Positions 27,840-42,181 of a stretch of DNA of 64,000 nt are shown here, piece by piece. A model generated the notes under the pieces. The model saw only the letters and a list, made by a program, of their open reading frames with translations. It made no database searches and was not told where the DNA came from. The number at the start of each line of letters is the position of its first letter. The first letter of the stretch is position 1. Made by a program: the position numbers and the translations under genes. Origin of the DNA: Guillardia theta CCMP2712 (taxonomy: Eukaryota; Protista; Cryptophyta). The stretch is from assembly GCF_000315625.1 (NCBI RefSeq), contig NW_005434672.1:539503-603502 (forward strand), read 5' to 3'.

Positions 27840-29920
27840 GAACACTGGTCAGCAAGAGCAAGGGAGGTCAATCCCTCGACTGGAGAAGATGGAAGAGCTC
27901 AAGCAGGTCCAAGGCTGTACCGAACACGGTGGAGCTGAAGCTTGGTTTGCAGGTGGACCATTATGGTGGGATGGTGCTGGACTATGTTCAAGTTGCAGTG
28001 AACAGTGTCGGGCTGAGTTATGACATGGACACGAGTCTGTCTTTCAAGATCACAAAGGTTACGACCTCCATTGCTCCCCTAGTGCCCTTACAATTTAAAA
28101 CCTTTGTAGATGATCGAAGTGCACCGAAAAAGCGTAGCAGATGAGAGGTCTGTAGTCCTATCTCTTCCCCTTCCCCATCCTCGCTTCCTGCTCCCACTTC
28201 CCACCTACTCATCCCATTTCTCCTCGTGCCTCTTACCTGCTTTACTTCGCTCCGCCCTCCTCCCCCTCCCTCCGCTCACTCTCCTCCAGCACCAGCTTCG
28301 CATTCTTCGGAGTGGCGCTCCTGACCCTGATCTGCCTCGGCGTGCGGCTCAAGGGATCGACAGTCTTCTCCACGAAGCTCGTCTGCCTCTTCCTCAGCGC
28401 GATGTGGGCGAGCCAGGGGATCCTCGTCTTCTCCGACACATGCACAGTACAAGGAAACTTCAGGCGAGCAGGAGGGCTGGCGCTTGCCTTGACCTCTGAC
28501 CGGACTCAGGGTCAGGAACGCGACCATGACTGGTGGAGATGTCGGAAACTTTAGAATGCCGGTGGAGGTGAGGAGGGGACGGCGCTGGAGGAGGCAGCTG
28601 GTCATGTTTGTGCTGACCCGCGCTGCCAGGGCTTCGTATCCAGCGTCTTCTTCGGCCTGGAAAGTATCTTGCTCACCATTCTCGGCAACAGCGGCTTCCT
28701 GCTGTTCCACCGCCCTGCCTCGAACATTCGCCGCTCCCCGAGCCAGCAGATGGCAGGGCCCGCTGCCCCCATCGCCCTCACTGACGCGCGCGCAGGGAGC
28801 TGTGATGCTCGCCTTCTCCCTCGCCTCGCCCGTCCTGTTCAAGTTCTTCCCCAATGTCGTCACCAAGCTCTCCTTCCCCCTAGACATGTTCACAGCAGGT
28901 GGGATGAGCGACCGCGTGCTGGGGGGGCTGAGCTGCTGCAACAGGCCTCTTCTTCTCTGCTGCCTGCGACTCGGGCTACTCCAAGCTGGCCATGCTAATC
29001 CCCGTCAGCTTCTCATGCCTCGACTACTTCCGCTCATTTCATTCTTGCAGATCATGGGGATGACGTTGAGGTCTACATTCGCCTGTACCGAGGTGCTGGA
29101 GGAGGGGGGAAGGAGGGGGAGGAGGAGGTTGAATTGTGAGCAGATGAAATCTATGGAAGAGCTTCCTGTCGTGTTCATCAGCCTCATCGTAAGGTGCTCT
29201 GCAAGTGAGAGAGTCTGTAATGGCCTCCTGCAGTCCTTCTATCTGCGACAGTCCTGGGGAAGGAGGAGAAATGCGTATGACTGGCCCGACCAGAGGTCCG
29301 CCTCCCTCCCTCCCTCCCTCCCTCCCTCCCTCCCTCCCTCCCTCTCTCCTCCTTCGGCATCGTACCTCCGTTCGAATACCCTCTGCCTGTTTTCCTCTTC
29401 CTCCCTTAGTTGCCTCATGTCTCTTCCTCCCTTAGTTGCCTCATGTCTCTTCCTCCCTTAGTTGCCTCATGTCTCTTCCTCCCTTAGTTGCCTCATGTCT
29501 CTTCCTCCCTTAGTTGCCTCATGTCTCTTCCTCCTCCGCGAGCTCCTCCGCTTATGTTGCCTCTGCGTGACTCATTGCCAGGGGAAGACATCCTCCTTCT
29601 CATCAACATCAGAAGGTGAAACCGCGAGCTCCTAAGGTGATGCTCCCCCTTTTTCCTCCTCCTCCTCCTCCTCCTCCTCCTCCTCCTCCTCCTCCTCCTC
29701 ATCATCATCATCATCATCATCATCATCTATTCTTCTCCTCGTTCTCCTCCTCCTCTCATCATGGATCATGCTCGTTGCCTTTCATTTCCTTCATTTTCGA
29801 TTGTGTATCGGTGCCCTCCTATCGCTCTTTCACTTCGCTGCTCCTGTCTGCTCCTGCCCCCACTCAAGTCCCACACGCTTGTGCTCGTGTGTTCCGACTT
29901 ATCACAAGGTGGCTCCGATG
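27840..29920 (+). CDS. Multi-pass membrane protein, multi-exon; ends approximate
   Basis: In-frame spliced hydrophobic exons: FFGVALLTLICLG, LFLSAMWASQGILVF, FFGLESILLTILG, GAVMLAFSLASPVL, FPLDMFTAGLFFSA, MLIPIMGM, EELPVVFISLISF. Confidence 0.6.
29395..29534. repeat. 26-bp minisatellite, about 5.4 copies, intronic
   Basis: Unit ctcttcctcccttagttgcctcatgt repeated perfectly. Confidence 0.92.
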
Positions 29921-30276
29921 ATCCGAGAGGTCCATGACGGCAAAGGAGGAGTACAGGGTCTGTCGTTTGTGAAGGTGAAAGAGGAAGAGGAGGAGGAGGA
30001 GGAGGAGGAGGTTTTGCTTACAGGCGTGCAGGAACTTCAGCTTGTGGACGAGGATGGAGACGAGGCGATGGAATTCTTTGAGGTAGGAGGACGATGAGGA
30101 ATAGGGGAAGGGGGGAGGTGGGTAGCTGATAGCATGCACAGGTGACGGACGAGGGTCTAAGGAAGAGAGTTCCCCATAACAATACCTAGAGGCCAAGAGG
30201 AACTTTGAGATTGAACCAGAAGTCTACCCCTCTTCCTCATATCGCCCCATCTGCCAGGGAGCCAGTGACGCAAGTC

Positions 30277-30359
30277 CCAGCTCCAGCTCCAGCTCCAGCT
30301 CCAGCTCCAGCTCCAGCTCCAGCTCCAGCTCCAGCTCCAGCTCCAGCTCCAGCTCCAGC
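30277..30359. repeat. (CCAGCT)n hexamer repeat, about 14 copies
   Basis: Direct reading. Confidence 0.92.
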
Positions 30360-30382
30360 AGGATGGGCTCTCCCCCTGCCTC

Positions 30383-32460
<2,078 letters not shown>

Positions 32461-32574
32461 GCCGCATCTCCCACACCGTTACGAGCGGTTATCAAAGTAA
32501 AACCACCCACCTCTACGAGATATTTTCCCTGGATTTGTACCCGGTCCTTCATTAGAGCCTGTCGGGGAGCTGCT

Positions 32575-35115
32575 ATGCAAGGGCAGGAGGAGTGTGGGAG
32601 GGAGGGGGAGGGAGGGAGGGAGTTGGAGGAGATCCCGACGAGGAGCGAGGATGAGAGACTTCGAGTCAAGTGAGTTCGAGCATGCTCTCTCGTTCGGGCG
32701 TCACTGGCGCTGATGTTTGCTCATGGCTCAGGTCTCTGATCGACATGTACCGGGCGCGCTGGGGTGGGGAGCCGTCGTAGGATCATCGCTGGTGAGAGGT
32801 GTGAGGAACTTTGACCTCTTGCCCTGCAGTTTTGTGTCAAGAGCACCTGGGAGGGTGAACATCATCGGTGAACACATCGACTACCACGGATATGACGTAC
32901 ATTGACGTGCTCGGGTGAAACGCGTTGAAGACTCTCCAGGTGTTGCCCATCGCCATTGACAACGACGTGGGGACAGGCTGTATTTGAAGGCTATCACATG
33001 ACTTTTGAGCCTTAAAGATTGTGATTGTTGGCGGCTGCGACGGAGTCGATAGTTCGAGGTCCGAGCAGGAGCTCCAGTTAGAGGTAAGTCTGCTGTGCTT
33101 GTAGACTCATCCTTCGCCTTCGTGTCTTCCCTGTTTGCTCTCTCCCTCCCTGAGAAACATGAAGGTCATCAACGCATCTGAATGCTATCCTCCTGCCAAA
33201 CTTTCGCCGCTCTCTCCCGAGTACTTTGAAGGGATCAGGTTGAAATCTCGATCGGTGGCTTGGTACGACTATGTGGCCTGCGGCGTTAAGGTGAGATTTG
33301 TAACAAGACAGCAACAGCCATGAGGTGTCGTTTCAGGGTCTCTATGAAGCAGCAAGAGAGGTCGAGCAGGTAGTCTTAGTTGCCACGTCGCTTTCCTTCT
33401 CCCCTCCCTTCATTTCTTACTAGCGTCCTGCAGCTCCAAGGGCTCAGACTTGTTGTGCATGGATCGGTCAGTCCAGGCTCGGGGCTTTCGAGCTCATCGG
33501 CACTTGTTTGTGCTTCTGCTTTAGCCGCCAGCAGAGGTGAGAGGACGACGGGGAGGACTGGAGCAGTGACATGCTGCAGCATGGGGGGTCGTGGGGCTGC
33601 CGCGTGATCAGTTTGCCTCTATCTGTGCCAACTGCGAACGTTACGTAGGGACTATGGGAGGAGGTGGACGAGACTGAAATCTCTTGCTGCCTCTGGGTGT
33701 GTGACGGTGAGGACAAGGTATGGATCAGGCAGCGTCCATGCTGAGCAAGGAGGGCGTTGCCCTCAGGGTATCTTTCACCCCGAAGCTGGCGGTCCGGCCG
33801 GTGGGTAGCACGACGAGAAGTCCAACGATGTCCATGTCTAAGTGAGACTGCCCGCTCGTCGCAGGTCGCTCTACCTTGCCGTGCGATGTTCATCGTTGCC
33901 AACTGCTTGTCCGAGTCTCACAAGGTGCCCACCTGACTCGAGACTTCCTCTTGCCATCGCTAACGACTGTCAACAGGCAGAGTCCGACAACCCATTCAAC
34001 GTGATGCCCTCCATCATGCATCAGGCTCCCTTGCTCATGGTGCTGCTCAGGTGCGGGTAGTCGAGGGAAGGATTGCCTGCTTGCTCCTCCTTCAGTCCTT
34101 GGGGCTCGAGAGGCAGAGTCCTCTCCTGTCCCTCTCTCAAGTAGGACTTCGTTTCCCTCCCTCCTCCCTTCAACTCACCCTTGAGCTCGCCAGGTGCAAC
34201 GCTGCGCAGACATCGCTGACCTGAAATCCTTCCTTGCCGCCGCCATGGAGAAATTGCCTGAAGATCCGATCACTTTCGCAAAGGTTGACCCTAAACCCTC
34301 ACCCTGTCACTTCATCCATCTTTGCTCCCTCCCTCCCTCCTCTCCTTCCCTCCCCTTCCCTTCCCTGTTTCTCTCACAATCTCTCGATCTCACGACGATC
34401 GCCTGGCAGGCTGCAGAGTTGCTTCAACTCACCGTTGCTGAGTTGACCGAGAAGGTTTGCGCGCGCTGAATCTTTCGGACTCAAATGGTAGGACAGGTGC
34501 AGGGCCACAGGCTGAGTGACCGCGCTCTCCAGGGGAGCCTGCAGGTCAAGAAGAGGGCGAGACACATCATCAGCGAGGCTCAAAGGGTAGATGACTTCTG
34601 TCGAGAATGCGCAAGACAGACTTCGGACCCTCACGTCGACGAGGACCAGCTGCTTGCTAGTCTCGGAGGTTTGATGCTTGGAAGTCACGAGAGCTGCAGA
34701 CACGACTACTCGTGCTCCTGCGACGAGCTAGACGAGCTGGTTGGCTGCTTCCTGCGCGCGGGGGCCAACGGCGCCAGGATGACAGGAGCAGGCTGGGGAG
34801 GTTGCGCAGTAGCGCTGGTTGACAGAACCATGCAAGACAAGGTGAACTTTGAAAGTTGAGATCTCGACTAACAAGAATTCCAAGGTCATTGGAGAGGTAT
34901 GGGAGAGGTGACAATCATCGATTTCTTTTGCTATCCATCCACTGAGACTTGCGAAAAGTTTTTACAAGAAACGCAACGTCAAAGACGAGGATCGTGGGAG
35001 GTAAGCATGTAAGAGATGCCTGCAACTCGGCTCATCGCGTCTCAGGTTCATATTCAGCACTCTGCCATCAGATGGGGCCAACTTTCTATCGATCAAATCC
35101 CTACAACTCACGTGA
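32575..35115 (+). CDS. Galactokinase / N-acetylgalactosamine kinase (GHMP family, GALK2/plant GAL1-like), multi-exon
   Basis: Spliced: [93 protein letters not shown]. Confidence 0.94.
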
Positions 35116-35175
35116 AGATTCTCGCTCTCTAGAGTCAAAGCTACTCTGTTGGAATAGACTTGATGACTCGCGTCT

Positions 35176-35763
35176 TTAAACCTGGTCAGGGCGTTTTGGC
35201 ATGCGCAATGGTTTGAGCTCTTCGCCTGTGATCGGGTTGTACCCGTCACCGGAGCTGTAACGAAACAACTTCTCAGTGCGGACGCCAGCTCTGTACTTGG
35301 CCATGTCATCTTCAAACTTCTGCTGGTCCCCTGCTGGGGTCGGGTGATAGTCGAGGCTGATACAATCGTAGGCGACGCTGGAGTGGTTCCTAGCGCCTTT
35401 GGTCGAGTTCTGCATGACCATGAGCTTCTGCTGCTGGTCGTCTCGTACTTGCTCCATCTGATTCCACCTCAGGTCCTCTCGCTCCAAGTTGACGTTTCGC
35501 TTCCGCTCGTACTTCTCTTCCCTCATGTGCACCGCCCGCTCCCTTGCTGCCTTCTCCTCCCCCGCCGTGTCTGTATGAAATCTGTCCACGTCTGCGAGGT
35601 ACCCCAGCGCGCCAGGAGTCGCTTCTGTAACGGGCCCGAAGTCTTCGTACTTGACGAACTTCTCTCGTCGCTGCGCCAGCCTCATCTTCTCCAGCGTCGT
35701 CTTGTCTTGCTTTGCTGCTCGGTCTCCCCGAGTCTCAGCCTCTACTGCTCGAAATCCACTCAT
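35176..35763 (-). CDS. Intronless hypothetical protein with coiled segment and C-terminal YNPITG motif (possibly cilium/centriole-associated)
   Basis: ORF from MSGFRAVE to ...GDGYNPITGEELKPLRMPKRPDQV*. Confidence 0.7.
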   Translation of the reverse strand: MSGFRAVEAETRGDRAAKQDKTTLEKMRLAQRREKFVKYEDFGPVTEATPGALGYLADVDRFHTDTAGEEKAARERAVHMREEKYERKRNVNLEREDLRWNQMEQVRDDQQQKLMVMQNSTKGARNHSSVAYDCISLDYHPTPAGDQQKFEDDMAKYRAGVRTEKLFRYSSGDGYNPITGEELKPLRMPKRPDQV

Positions 35764-36067
35764 ACCTGCGAGCCTGAGCTCAGACCTCCAACACTTGGAA
35801 TGGCGCAAACACTCCACGCCCCTCCTTCTCCTCTCCTTCAACCAGCCGCTCTTCTCCATCCTCTCACACTTATTCATCCTTATGTAAGTTCTGCATGGCC
35901 TCTACGCCTGTAGCTCAGGCCACCTTGTTTCCTATACGCTACAGAAGCATCGAATAGACCTGCAACCCTCCAACTGCCTTTGCACTCGTTCTCCTCTTTC
36001 ACTTCCATATACGCATGTTGATGTCCTTATCAGTATATCATTCCTTCTGCTTCTGTCACTTATCTCC

Positions 36068-36308
36068 TCTCATCTCATCTCACCACACCTCACCTGACCT
36101 CACCTCACCTCACCTCACCTCACCTCACCTCACCTCACCTCAATCTCAACTCATCTCATCTCATCTCATCTCATCTCATCTCAATCTCATATCATATGAT
36201 ATCATCATCATCTCATCTCATCTCATCTCATCTCATCTCATCTCATCTCCTCTCCTCTCCTCTCCTCTTCTCTCATCTCATCTCATCTCATCTCTCATCT
36301 CATCTCAC
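36068..36308. repeat. Compound (CACCT)n/(TCTCA)n pentamer microsatellite
   Basis: Direct reading. Confidence 0.9.
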
Positions 36309-36381
36309 GTCAACGGCAAACAACAGCTCGGCGGCTCTCATCACCCTCCTGATGATAGGGCCCGACAGGTTGTGCCAGTCG

Positions 36382-36421
36382 TTTACTCAAAGTTAAGTTA
36401 AAAATCAGTACGAGGACAATC
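36382..36421 (+). repeat. Dispersed conserved element, copy 2
   Basis: tttactcaaagttaagttaaaaatcagtacgaggacaatc differs from 7172-7210 by one substitution and one extra A. Confidence 0.85.
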
Positions 36422-37322
36422 GACCCTGACACCAGTCACTGAAGGCTCAGCATTGACTTCCGGTCGGGCCGCGAAGCCGGCAGGCCGCGGGCGTGGCCGT
36501 GACAGAGTGACCACTGGGAGTTACGGTAGTACCGACCCGATAGCCTTGAATTAAGTTAATACGGCGTCACAATTTTTAACTGCCCGGGAGGAGGCCGGGG
36601 AGGAACTGAGTAGTAGTAAACTTGAAATCCTATTTTTACTGTCACTATGGTAGTGACATCCCGCTGCCTCGTGCCCTAATCTTACTACTAATTTTACGGC
36701 TATTATTATTGAAAAAGTCAGCGTCCTCGGTACCGTGGGTATACTTTCGGAGTTCCGGTACCCGGCGCTGTCCAAAAGACGAGATTTCGAGTTCTCATGA
36801 TTCAGGCCCAGCAGCCCTCAGAGTAGGGGTACATGAGGCTCTAGAAGCAGGGGACCCGATGACCCGGGGGTCCTAAAGAACCGATTTTGACCCGGTAGTA
36901 CGTTGTGCTTCTAAAGTGCCCCATTCCCCCGGCCCTTCCGCCTGCCCTGTCCGCTCCCCCTCTCCCTGCAGCTCTGCCTGCCCCAACAGATTTCTCTTCA
37001 TCGCCCATCTTTTGGGCCTCCTCCCTACAAGACGACCTGCTACAATGTCACTGTTCCTTTTCTGCTCTCACTGTGACTTGTTGTTACTCTTCCTGGTTGC
37101 GTTGGTTTCTCCTTCCTGCATTTGCCATCTGTATCTCTTCATCTTTTCTTCCACGGCTTTAGCTTGCTCCACAAGCATCCGCTTTCCCCAGCATCCCTTA
37201 GTTTCATGAGAGCTTCGCACAAGGACTTGATGATGTAACTGAAAGGGAGAACATTAGGGATGTCGAAGCACGCTGTCTCTTATTTTTTACCCTTGCAGAA
37301 CATCCAACGCAACTGCACAGAA

Positions 37323-38858
37323 GATGCTGAGAGGAGATCTAGTCTTCCAAGATTCTGCCCATGCATCTCCAACAACTTCAGGGGAAGCAGAGAAGTTGAA
37401 GCATGACACTTTCAAGACTTACTTCCAACCTCAGGTATTTTCCGTCAAAAGAGAGGCAGTGTTGAATCGTACTGTGCCAGAAGAAGCATTTGTTTGACAA
37501 TCTGAAACGCAGGAAGTGAAGGAGCTTCTTCTGGCTGGCCATGGAGAGGTCTTTGATGAGGAGGGAGCGATCAAGAGATCTTTCGTCGAGAGCGTTGCGG
37601 GAAAGAATGGAACCAAAGTTTTCGTCTCTCCGTATTTTCCCGAAGATTTTCCCGAAGAGAGGGTTGGCAGAATTATGAGTACACAGGATCTGGCTCAGCA
37701 TGTACATCAGAATCTGTCTTGTCAGGAGAATATCATGCTTAGAAAGCTGATTCCTTCTAATGAGACTGTCGTTGCCGAGTTGCCCACCGTCGGCTTCATC
37801 GGCTTTCCTAACTCAGGCGAAGAGCTTGCTGGGTCAGGAAGTATCTTGCTGACAGACAAGAATCTCTACTTCCTCTGGAGCAACTACAAGTGGGAAGCCG
37901 CTGCTGAGGAGACCTTGAAGGGAACCACAATTTGCCCGTGTCCATGTGTCGGGTGCTGGGGCTGCTTTCAGTGTTGCAGGACATACTCGGGTGGATACTC
38001 GCACCTGGGCGTGCGAGAGTCGGAGGACAAGATCAGTTCTGTGCCCGTCAGCTACCTCACACCTGGAGGGGTGAAGTGCGAACGATCTGACAGACTGAAG
38101 GTTCTCCGCAATGTATCGTTGTCCAAAGAATGCTCCTCAAAGGACTGCTGCTGCAGCTTCTGCTGCAGCTGCAAGATTTGGTGCCTTTCACTCTGCACCC
38201 AGTGCCGCTACCATGGTGAAATGAGCTTCAAGTTTAGTAGCGATCAGATGAACGGCTCTTCCATCGAATCCAAGATCATCAATAACATCAGGAACAAATC
38301 GCATGATGAGAAGATCTACGACGGTCGCTTTCGTGTCCTGAGCATCAAATTCTTCGACGTTTCAACCAATCAGGTGTTCACAGCCTCTACCACTTGATAG
38401 CAGAGGGGGCGGGGGGGAGAGAACTGAAGATGATCGTGCAGGTGCATCAAGTGAACTGTGTTGTCGACAAGGATGCCGTTCCTCTGGAAGAGATGTACAA
38501 GTTCAGCATGACCATCAACTCTGCTTGCAAGGTGCAAGATTATCTCCAAGGCTATCAGCAGGTGAGAGTCTTGACTCGATGCATCCCTCGGACTGTTGTG
38601 CCACCATATCGAGGGAGAGTGAGGTGGATCTGTGGATTGATGATTCATACCTGTCTGCAGACCAACTCCATGTCGTTTGTCGACTCCGGCAGAGTGCGAG
38701 GGATCAAGGACTCGGTGATGGAGAGGAACGCGCTGCTCGACCTGTTGAAGAGTTTTGTGAACTTGATGCCTCTGAAAGTCTGCTGCTCCCTTGGTGCTCG
38801 CCGCAGCAGCAGCGCTTCCACGTCCTGCAACTGCTTCAGGTCTGGCGTCAACGTGTGA
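37323..38858 (+). CDS. Cysteine-cluster-rich hypothetical protein, multi-exon
   Basis: One long exon of about 290 codons plus spliced exons. Clusters CPCPCVGCWGCFQCC, CCCSFCCSCKIWC and CCSLG..CNCF. Start approximate. Confidence 0.7.
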
Positions 38859-38929
38859 AAGTGAGGCTGTAGAGTAGGCAGCCTGCCTCTGACCCTCCGG
38901 CGTGCCAGCCAGTTAATGAAGGGCTTCAA

Positions 38930-39303
38930 CTTAACTTTGAGTAAAGAATCAGGTAGGAAGGCCCGGCCCCCTTTGTTGAGCCTGTGGCCGCTCATCGTCC
39001 GATCCGACCGTACTGTCGGAGCCGTCCCGGGCCCTGGGCCCTGGCACCCGGTAACTGCGGCATGCCCGGCATGATTCTGTGAGCACCGTGACTCTTCAGC
39101 TACGGCCCCGTGCACGCCGGTCAGCAGCCGCTGACTCAGCCTGGCAGTGAGCGGCGCTCACTGTGCAATCAGTGAAACTTCGAAGCCCTTTTCAGAAGCA
39201 GGGCCTCGGAAGCTGGTTCAGAAGCAGGTTCTGAGAAGCTGGTTCAGAGTAAACGAGAAGGTTCAGAACTGAGCTGGTTCAGAAGCCTTTACTCAAAGTT
39301 AAG
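38930..39303. repeat. 374-bp segment bounded by 17-bp perfect inverted repeats
   Basis: cttaactttgagtaaag (38930-38946) and ctttactcaaagttaag (39287-39303) enclose a GC island and degenerate GAAGCTGGTTCA repeats. Confidence 0.7.
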
Positions 39304-39699
39304 AAGCTGGTTAAGAAGCCTGTTCGGAAGCGGTTGGGTATGTGAGGGGACGAGGCCGACATATTTCAAGCCGTTTCCAAATGGCGGGAGGGAAGAGCAG
39401 TGAGAACGAGCGAGCTGCAGTCACTGAGGAGCCTGAACTTCAACTTCTTGCCGCGTGTTCATCTGAAACACCTTCCAGTAACCCTCACATCCTGCTAGAA
39501 TGATGGAGCTATAGCTCAAGATTGCCAGATTGATTCATGATTTACTTCTCCTACCACAGCAATTCTCTTGAGTGCGACTCTGTTGTGTGTACCTTGTTAT
39601 TTTGTATACAGTTTATATTAGAATGAGACTGAACAAGTTGATCGAATTGATTCTGAAGACTTTGCTGTTTTTCAGGATTGGGGCGTAAACTGCAGCGTA

Positions 39700-40791
39700 A
39701 TGTCAGAGTCTATATTCAACTTAATTTCGCAGCACGATTATGCCAATTCATCCAGCCTCGCTCACTCCAACCCCAGCAAGCCTCGACCAGACCATGCGCC
39801 AAGTTACAAGCTGCACGGCCAAGCAAACAAACAAGGAGCAAAAACAATATCTGGAATGACTGCTTATGAACTTGCGATGGGGAGCAAATTCTCTGAAGCT
39901 GAAGAATACCATCGAGCTCCAAAGAATATCACCAAACCCGCCGTTCCTGTCTTTAAGAAGCAGTCTGACTTGGATCCCTCCGAAGTAGCAAGACGAAGGC
40001 AGCAAGCACAGATGAGGGGGGGTGCCATTGCCAACATTTTTGGAACAACCTCTGGCTCCAAGGGCCTGCAACGTCATGTCTCCGACAACAAGATGTCTGT
40101 CAAAGAGCAGTCAATCATCAACGGCCTGCTGAAGGAGCAAGAGTCGAACCCAATGACATCGCAGGTGAAGAAGGACAATCGAGGTGGCAAGGCGCCGATG
40201 TATCCTGGCCAGAGGAATTTTGTGGAAGACAACAAGAACTCAGTTGCCGAGCACGCAGCCAGGAAAGTAGCCTCGATGACACTGAAAGAGAATGCTCCTT
40301 CGAAGATGGCAGATTCTTTCAAGAACAGACCTGCCGGGCAGATCCCAAAGTACGAAACCTTAACGATTGCTGCACAGAGTCTTTGACTGTTCCAATCAGA
40401 TATTTGATAGAGAGGAAGATAGAAATGCAGGTGGAGAAAGCAATGGCAGACGAGGAAGAGCGTAAAAGAAATGGCGAGCTTGAGATTATGCCAGAAGTAA
40501 GTCGTCATGTTTCATTCTTTCATCTCATTTGATGCTTTCCGGTCAGGCTGAGAGGCTTGCGACACTGGAGGAATTGAACAGGCAGAAGAACGCTGCGCTT
40601 CAGGAGCTTAACTCCATACCGCCATCGAAGGTTACTTCGTTGTGCCTCATTAGCTTGTGTGCATCTGAAACGTGCATGAACAGGCGGCCTTGGAAGGATA
40701 TAAAGCGCAAGCAAAGAAGATTGAAGAGCGACTCAAGGAAATCGACAAGGCTGTAACATTATTCTCAAAGAAAGTAGTGTACATTCAATGA
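39700..40791 (+). CDS. Enkurin-family protein
   Basis: N-terminal ESIFNLI. Spliced C-terminal domain GQIPKYLIERK...MPEAERLATLEEL...IEERLKEIDKAVTLFSKKVVYIQ*. Confidence 0.85.
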
Positions 40792-41359
40792 TATGCAAAG
40801 GCGAGTAGTTCTAGTTCAGTTGAATGAATTCCGTTGCGCACGTGAGTTGTCCGATCGTCGGGGCTGAGTATTAAACCGTACCATCAAGTTCTACGCATTC
40901 CGAAGTTCGGATGGAACTTCCGAGTTCCGAAGTTCGGAAGCGCCGAGCCGGCCAGTCGCGCGGCCGTCGAGGCCGGGCTAGGCCTCACAGTGCCCGGCCG
41001 CTCCGGCACGCGGCCGCTGCGCCCGGCCCGGGGCAGCACTGTCCGATCCGATCACCGGGAGAGCCGCTCTCAGTACGGTACCAGGGCCCGGGGCGGCCGG
41101 GACTCGGCGGCTCAAGACTGTAGACCTTTTACAACTGGACCGATAATTAGGAAGGCCTAGTAGGAAAAGATATAGAGAGGGCGGTGTGGGGGAAAGGGCT
41201 CAGGAAGCAAGCAGCGACGTGAAGAGAAGAGAAGAGAAGAGAAGAGAAGAGAAGAGAAATACTTACCTGAGTTGACCTTGGAGCTTTGAGCTCGAAAGAG
41301 ATCTTCCATCAGCATAAGACAGGCTGCAAACTCGTTCCCCTGTTTGTTTACCATTCTTC

Positions 41360-42181
41360 ATGGAAACAGCGAGGTCTTCAATGTGTAGCTTGGCAGAGCC
41401 GCGGGCTGATGGGGAAGAGGATGCGAGTTTGATGCACAGCTTCTTCGTCAAGCTTCCTGTCGAGCTCCTTGCGAGAGTAATGAACCACCTGAAAGCTGAG
41501 GAGCTCCTCGCCTGTAGCTGTGTGTGCAAGGTGTGGAAGACCAGCGCTCTTGACCATGGCTGCTGGCTCAACTTGTGCCACAAACTATGGGAGGGGAGAT
41601 CCTATGTGCCGTCTCGATTCCTTGAGATGGCTGAGACGCACGAGGGCGTGATCAGAGCGTACTTTGCCTCCATCAAGGATGCGAAACGATGCTCCATCAC
41701 CACTGAGGAACTGTGCTCTTTTGAGTGGAGCTTTCGGTTCAAAAGATCTGCTGGTCGCTTCTGGACGAGGTCTGACCCCTACTGGAACGGCTCGCCGGCC
41801 CGCACAGTGAAGTTTCATCCAGAAGGCCTGGTGAAGTGGGAGTCGGATTGGACCAGGATGCGATGGAAGTTCGTGGAGATCCCTGACCAGACCGACGACA
41901 ACGACGAGGAGGACAAGATTGCTCTGACTGAGGGCAAGGCGATCCGCATCGAGCACCTGGACATGGGGAGGTTCCCTACAGAGCTTGTGCAGCGGCATCG
42001 CTCCTGGGGCTTCATCCTCAACTCGCCGTGGGTTGTCTACGCCTCGTTCCCGATGGTGCGATCGAACCGAGACAGGCAGCTGTCGGACAAGGTTCTCGAG
42101 AAGCGCGTGAGACCGTGGCAGTGGATTGAAGCAGATGAGTACAACATGCTGCAGATAGAGTCTGGAAGCGACAGCGACTGA
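41360..42181 (+). CDS. F-box protein, intronless
   Basis: FVKLPVELLARVMNHLKAEELLACSCVCKVW..LDHGCWLNLC. The C-terminal ITTEELCSFEWSFRFK..FW..DPYW..FHPEG recalls plant At5g52880-type F-box proteins. Confidence 0.9.
   Translation: METARSSMCSLAEPRADGEEDASLMHSFFVKLPVELLARVMNHLKAEELLACSCVCKVWKTSALDHGCWLNLCHKLWEGRSYVPSRFLEMAETHEGVIRAYFASIKDAKRCSITTEELCSFEWSFRFKRSAGRFWTRSDPYWNGSPARTVKFHPEGLVKWESDWTRMRWKFVEIPDQTDDNDEEDKIALTEGKAIRIEHLDMGRFPTELVQRHRSWGFILNSPWVVYASFPMVRSNRDRQLSDKVLEKRVRPWQWIEADEYNMLQIESGSDSD

Noticed and set aside
29395-29534. CRISPR-like array
   Set aside because: The 26-bp units are head-to-tail with no spacers, no cas genes are present, and the context is a eukaryotic intron.
29580-30190. 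Possible thioredoxin-like domain (LLINIR..LCSCVPTYHKVAPMIREV..LSFVK)
   Set aside because: There is no CxxC, and the frame carried from the upstream membrane-protein exons does not join this reading.
34880-34960. Apparent frameshift or non-canonical junction near the galactokinase C-terminus
   Set aside because: Resolved by a GT-AG intron at 34908-34946, giving VIGEVWERLAKSFYKK.
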